A stretch of 60,547 nucleotides of DNA from Candidatus Tayloriibacteriota bacterium (lineage in GTDB: Bacteria > Patescibacteriota > Minisyncoccia > Phycocordibacterales > UBA6065), in NCBI GenBank assembly GCA_016215405.1, contig JACRJQ010000002.1, positions 125,597-186,143 on the forward strand, read 5' to 3'. Below, one piece after another: positions 59,717 through 60,547 of the stretch. A program made the translations under genes and the position numbers. Every line of letters begins with the position of its first letter. The first letter of the stretch is position 1. The notes below the pieces were generated by a model. It saw nothing but the letters and a program-made list of their open reading frames with translations, had not been told where the DNA came from and made no database searches.

Positions 59717-60547
59717 CTACCATCGCCCCGAGGAGCCTCCGCCGCCTGACATCCCACCGCCGAATCCGCCAAAGCCCCCGCCGGATCCTCTGCCGCCTCC
59801 CAATCCTCCGAACCATACGCCGCCGTGGCGTCCTCCTCCGGGAGGGCGCTTGCCCCCGAATTTCTTGGAGAGGAGGTAGTCGAGAACGAGACCGACGAGG
59901 GCGAGTATGGCTGCTGGCACGACGGACGCGAACATGACGAATCCCAGGACGAAGCCCAATACCCCTCCGAGCCACCAGGATTTGCTGTAGATAATGACAG
60001 GAATGAGGTTAAGGACGAGGACGAGCGCGATACCGAAGAAAGACGAGAGGTCGGGTCCTCCGCGAGACATCCTGGATTCGACGAATCCCAGAGCCTCTGG
60101 ATCGTTCTTCACGAGGCCTATTATCTGGTCGGCAGCCTTGTCCACCCCCGCGAAATAGTCGCCGGCCCTAAATTCTGGGACGATGATCTCGTCTATTATG
60201 AGGAATGAGGCCACGTCGGTCACCACAGGCTCGAGCCCGTAGCCCACCTCGATCCTCACCTCCCTTTCGTTCGGCGCGACGAGAAGGAGAAGGCCGTTGT
60301 CCTCCTTCTCCTTGCCTATACCCCATTCCTCGAAGAGCTTGACCGCATAGCTCTCGATCGTCTCATCATCGAGCGAAGGCACGGTGACGACGGATATCTC
60401 CGCGCCCGATTCCTTCTCGAAGCTATCGAGCTTCGACTCGAGAGAGCTCCTCTGCGCCTCTTCGAAGATGCCGGCGAAGTCGTTCACGAACCCCGAAGGC
60501 TTTCCCGGAGAGACGTATGCCGAAGCGGCGCTCGCTTAAGCGAGCGC
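59717..60547 (-). CDS. TPM-domain (YgcG-like) membrane protein, 5' end at/over the window edge
   Basis: VNDFAGIF, EISVVTVPSL, WGIGKEKEDNGLLLLVA, RIEVGYGLE, Gly-rich tail GGFGGFGGGMSGGGGSSGRW; signal-peptide remnant ASAASA upstream. Confidence 0.9.

Overview
A 60.5-kb chromosomal segment of a streamlined, fairly GC-rich bacterium. The gene forms (hinge-less ~750-aa Smc, NusB-Nudix fusion, shortened PheS/PheT/ThrS/EF-Ts, many type IV pilin-like genes) suggest Patescibacteria/CPR, Parcubacteria-like; this is an inference. Most genes lie on the minus strand and are core information-processing genes: rpoBC, dnaG, rpoD, trmD, rpsP, rnr, smc, rnc, nusB, rpmF, rnhB, dnaE, thrS, gyrB, pheST, tsf, rpsB, prfA, rpmE2, rplY, plus tRNA-Thr(TGT) and tRNA-Ser(GGA). 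There is also a small sugar-phosphate cluster. The main unexpected signal is a dispersed repertoire of ten class III-signal-peptide (pilin-like) genes. They share a near-constant N-terminal helix, with exact 50-86 bp DNA identity blocks arranged as a mosaic, joined to variable C-terminal modules: six LamG/ConA-like lectin folds, three six-cysteine GspG-like domains, and one other. Several are embedded in housekeeping operons. Other signals: extended -10 boxes 6-9 nt upstream of many start codons (probable leaderless mRNAs), a T-box riboswitch with a ~520-nt leader before thrS, an antisense/sense repeat structure behind tRNA-Ser, a GTCCGCA...TGCGGAC-bounded small repeat family, and a structured rpoB leader. 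No integrase, transposase, reverse transcriptase, CRISPR array or rRNA was seen. All calls come from reading motifs by eye; no database searches were run.
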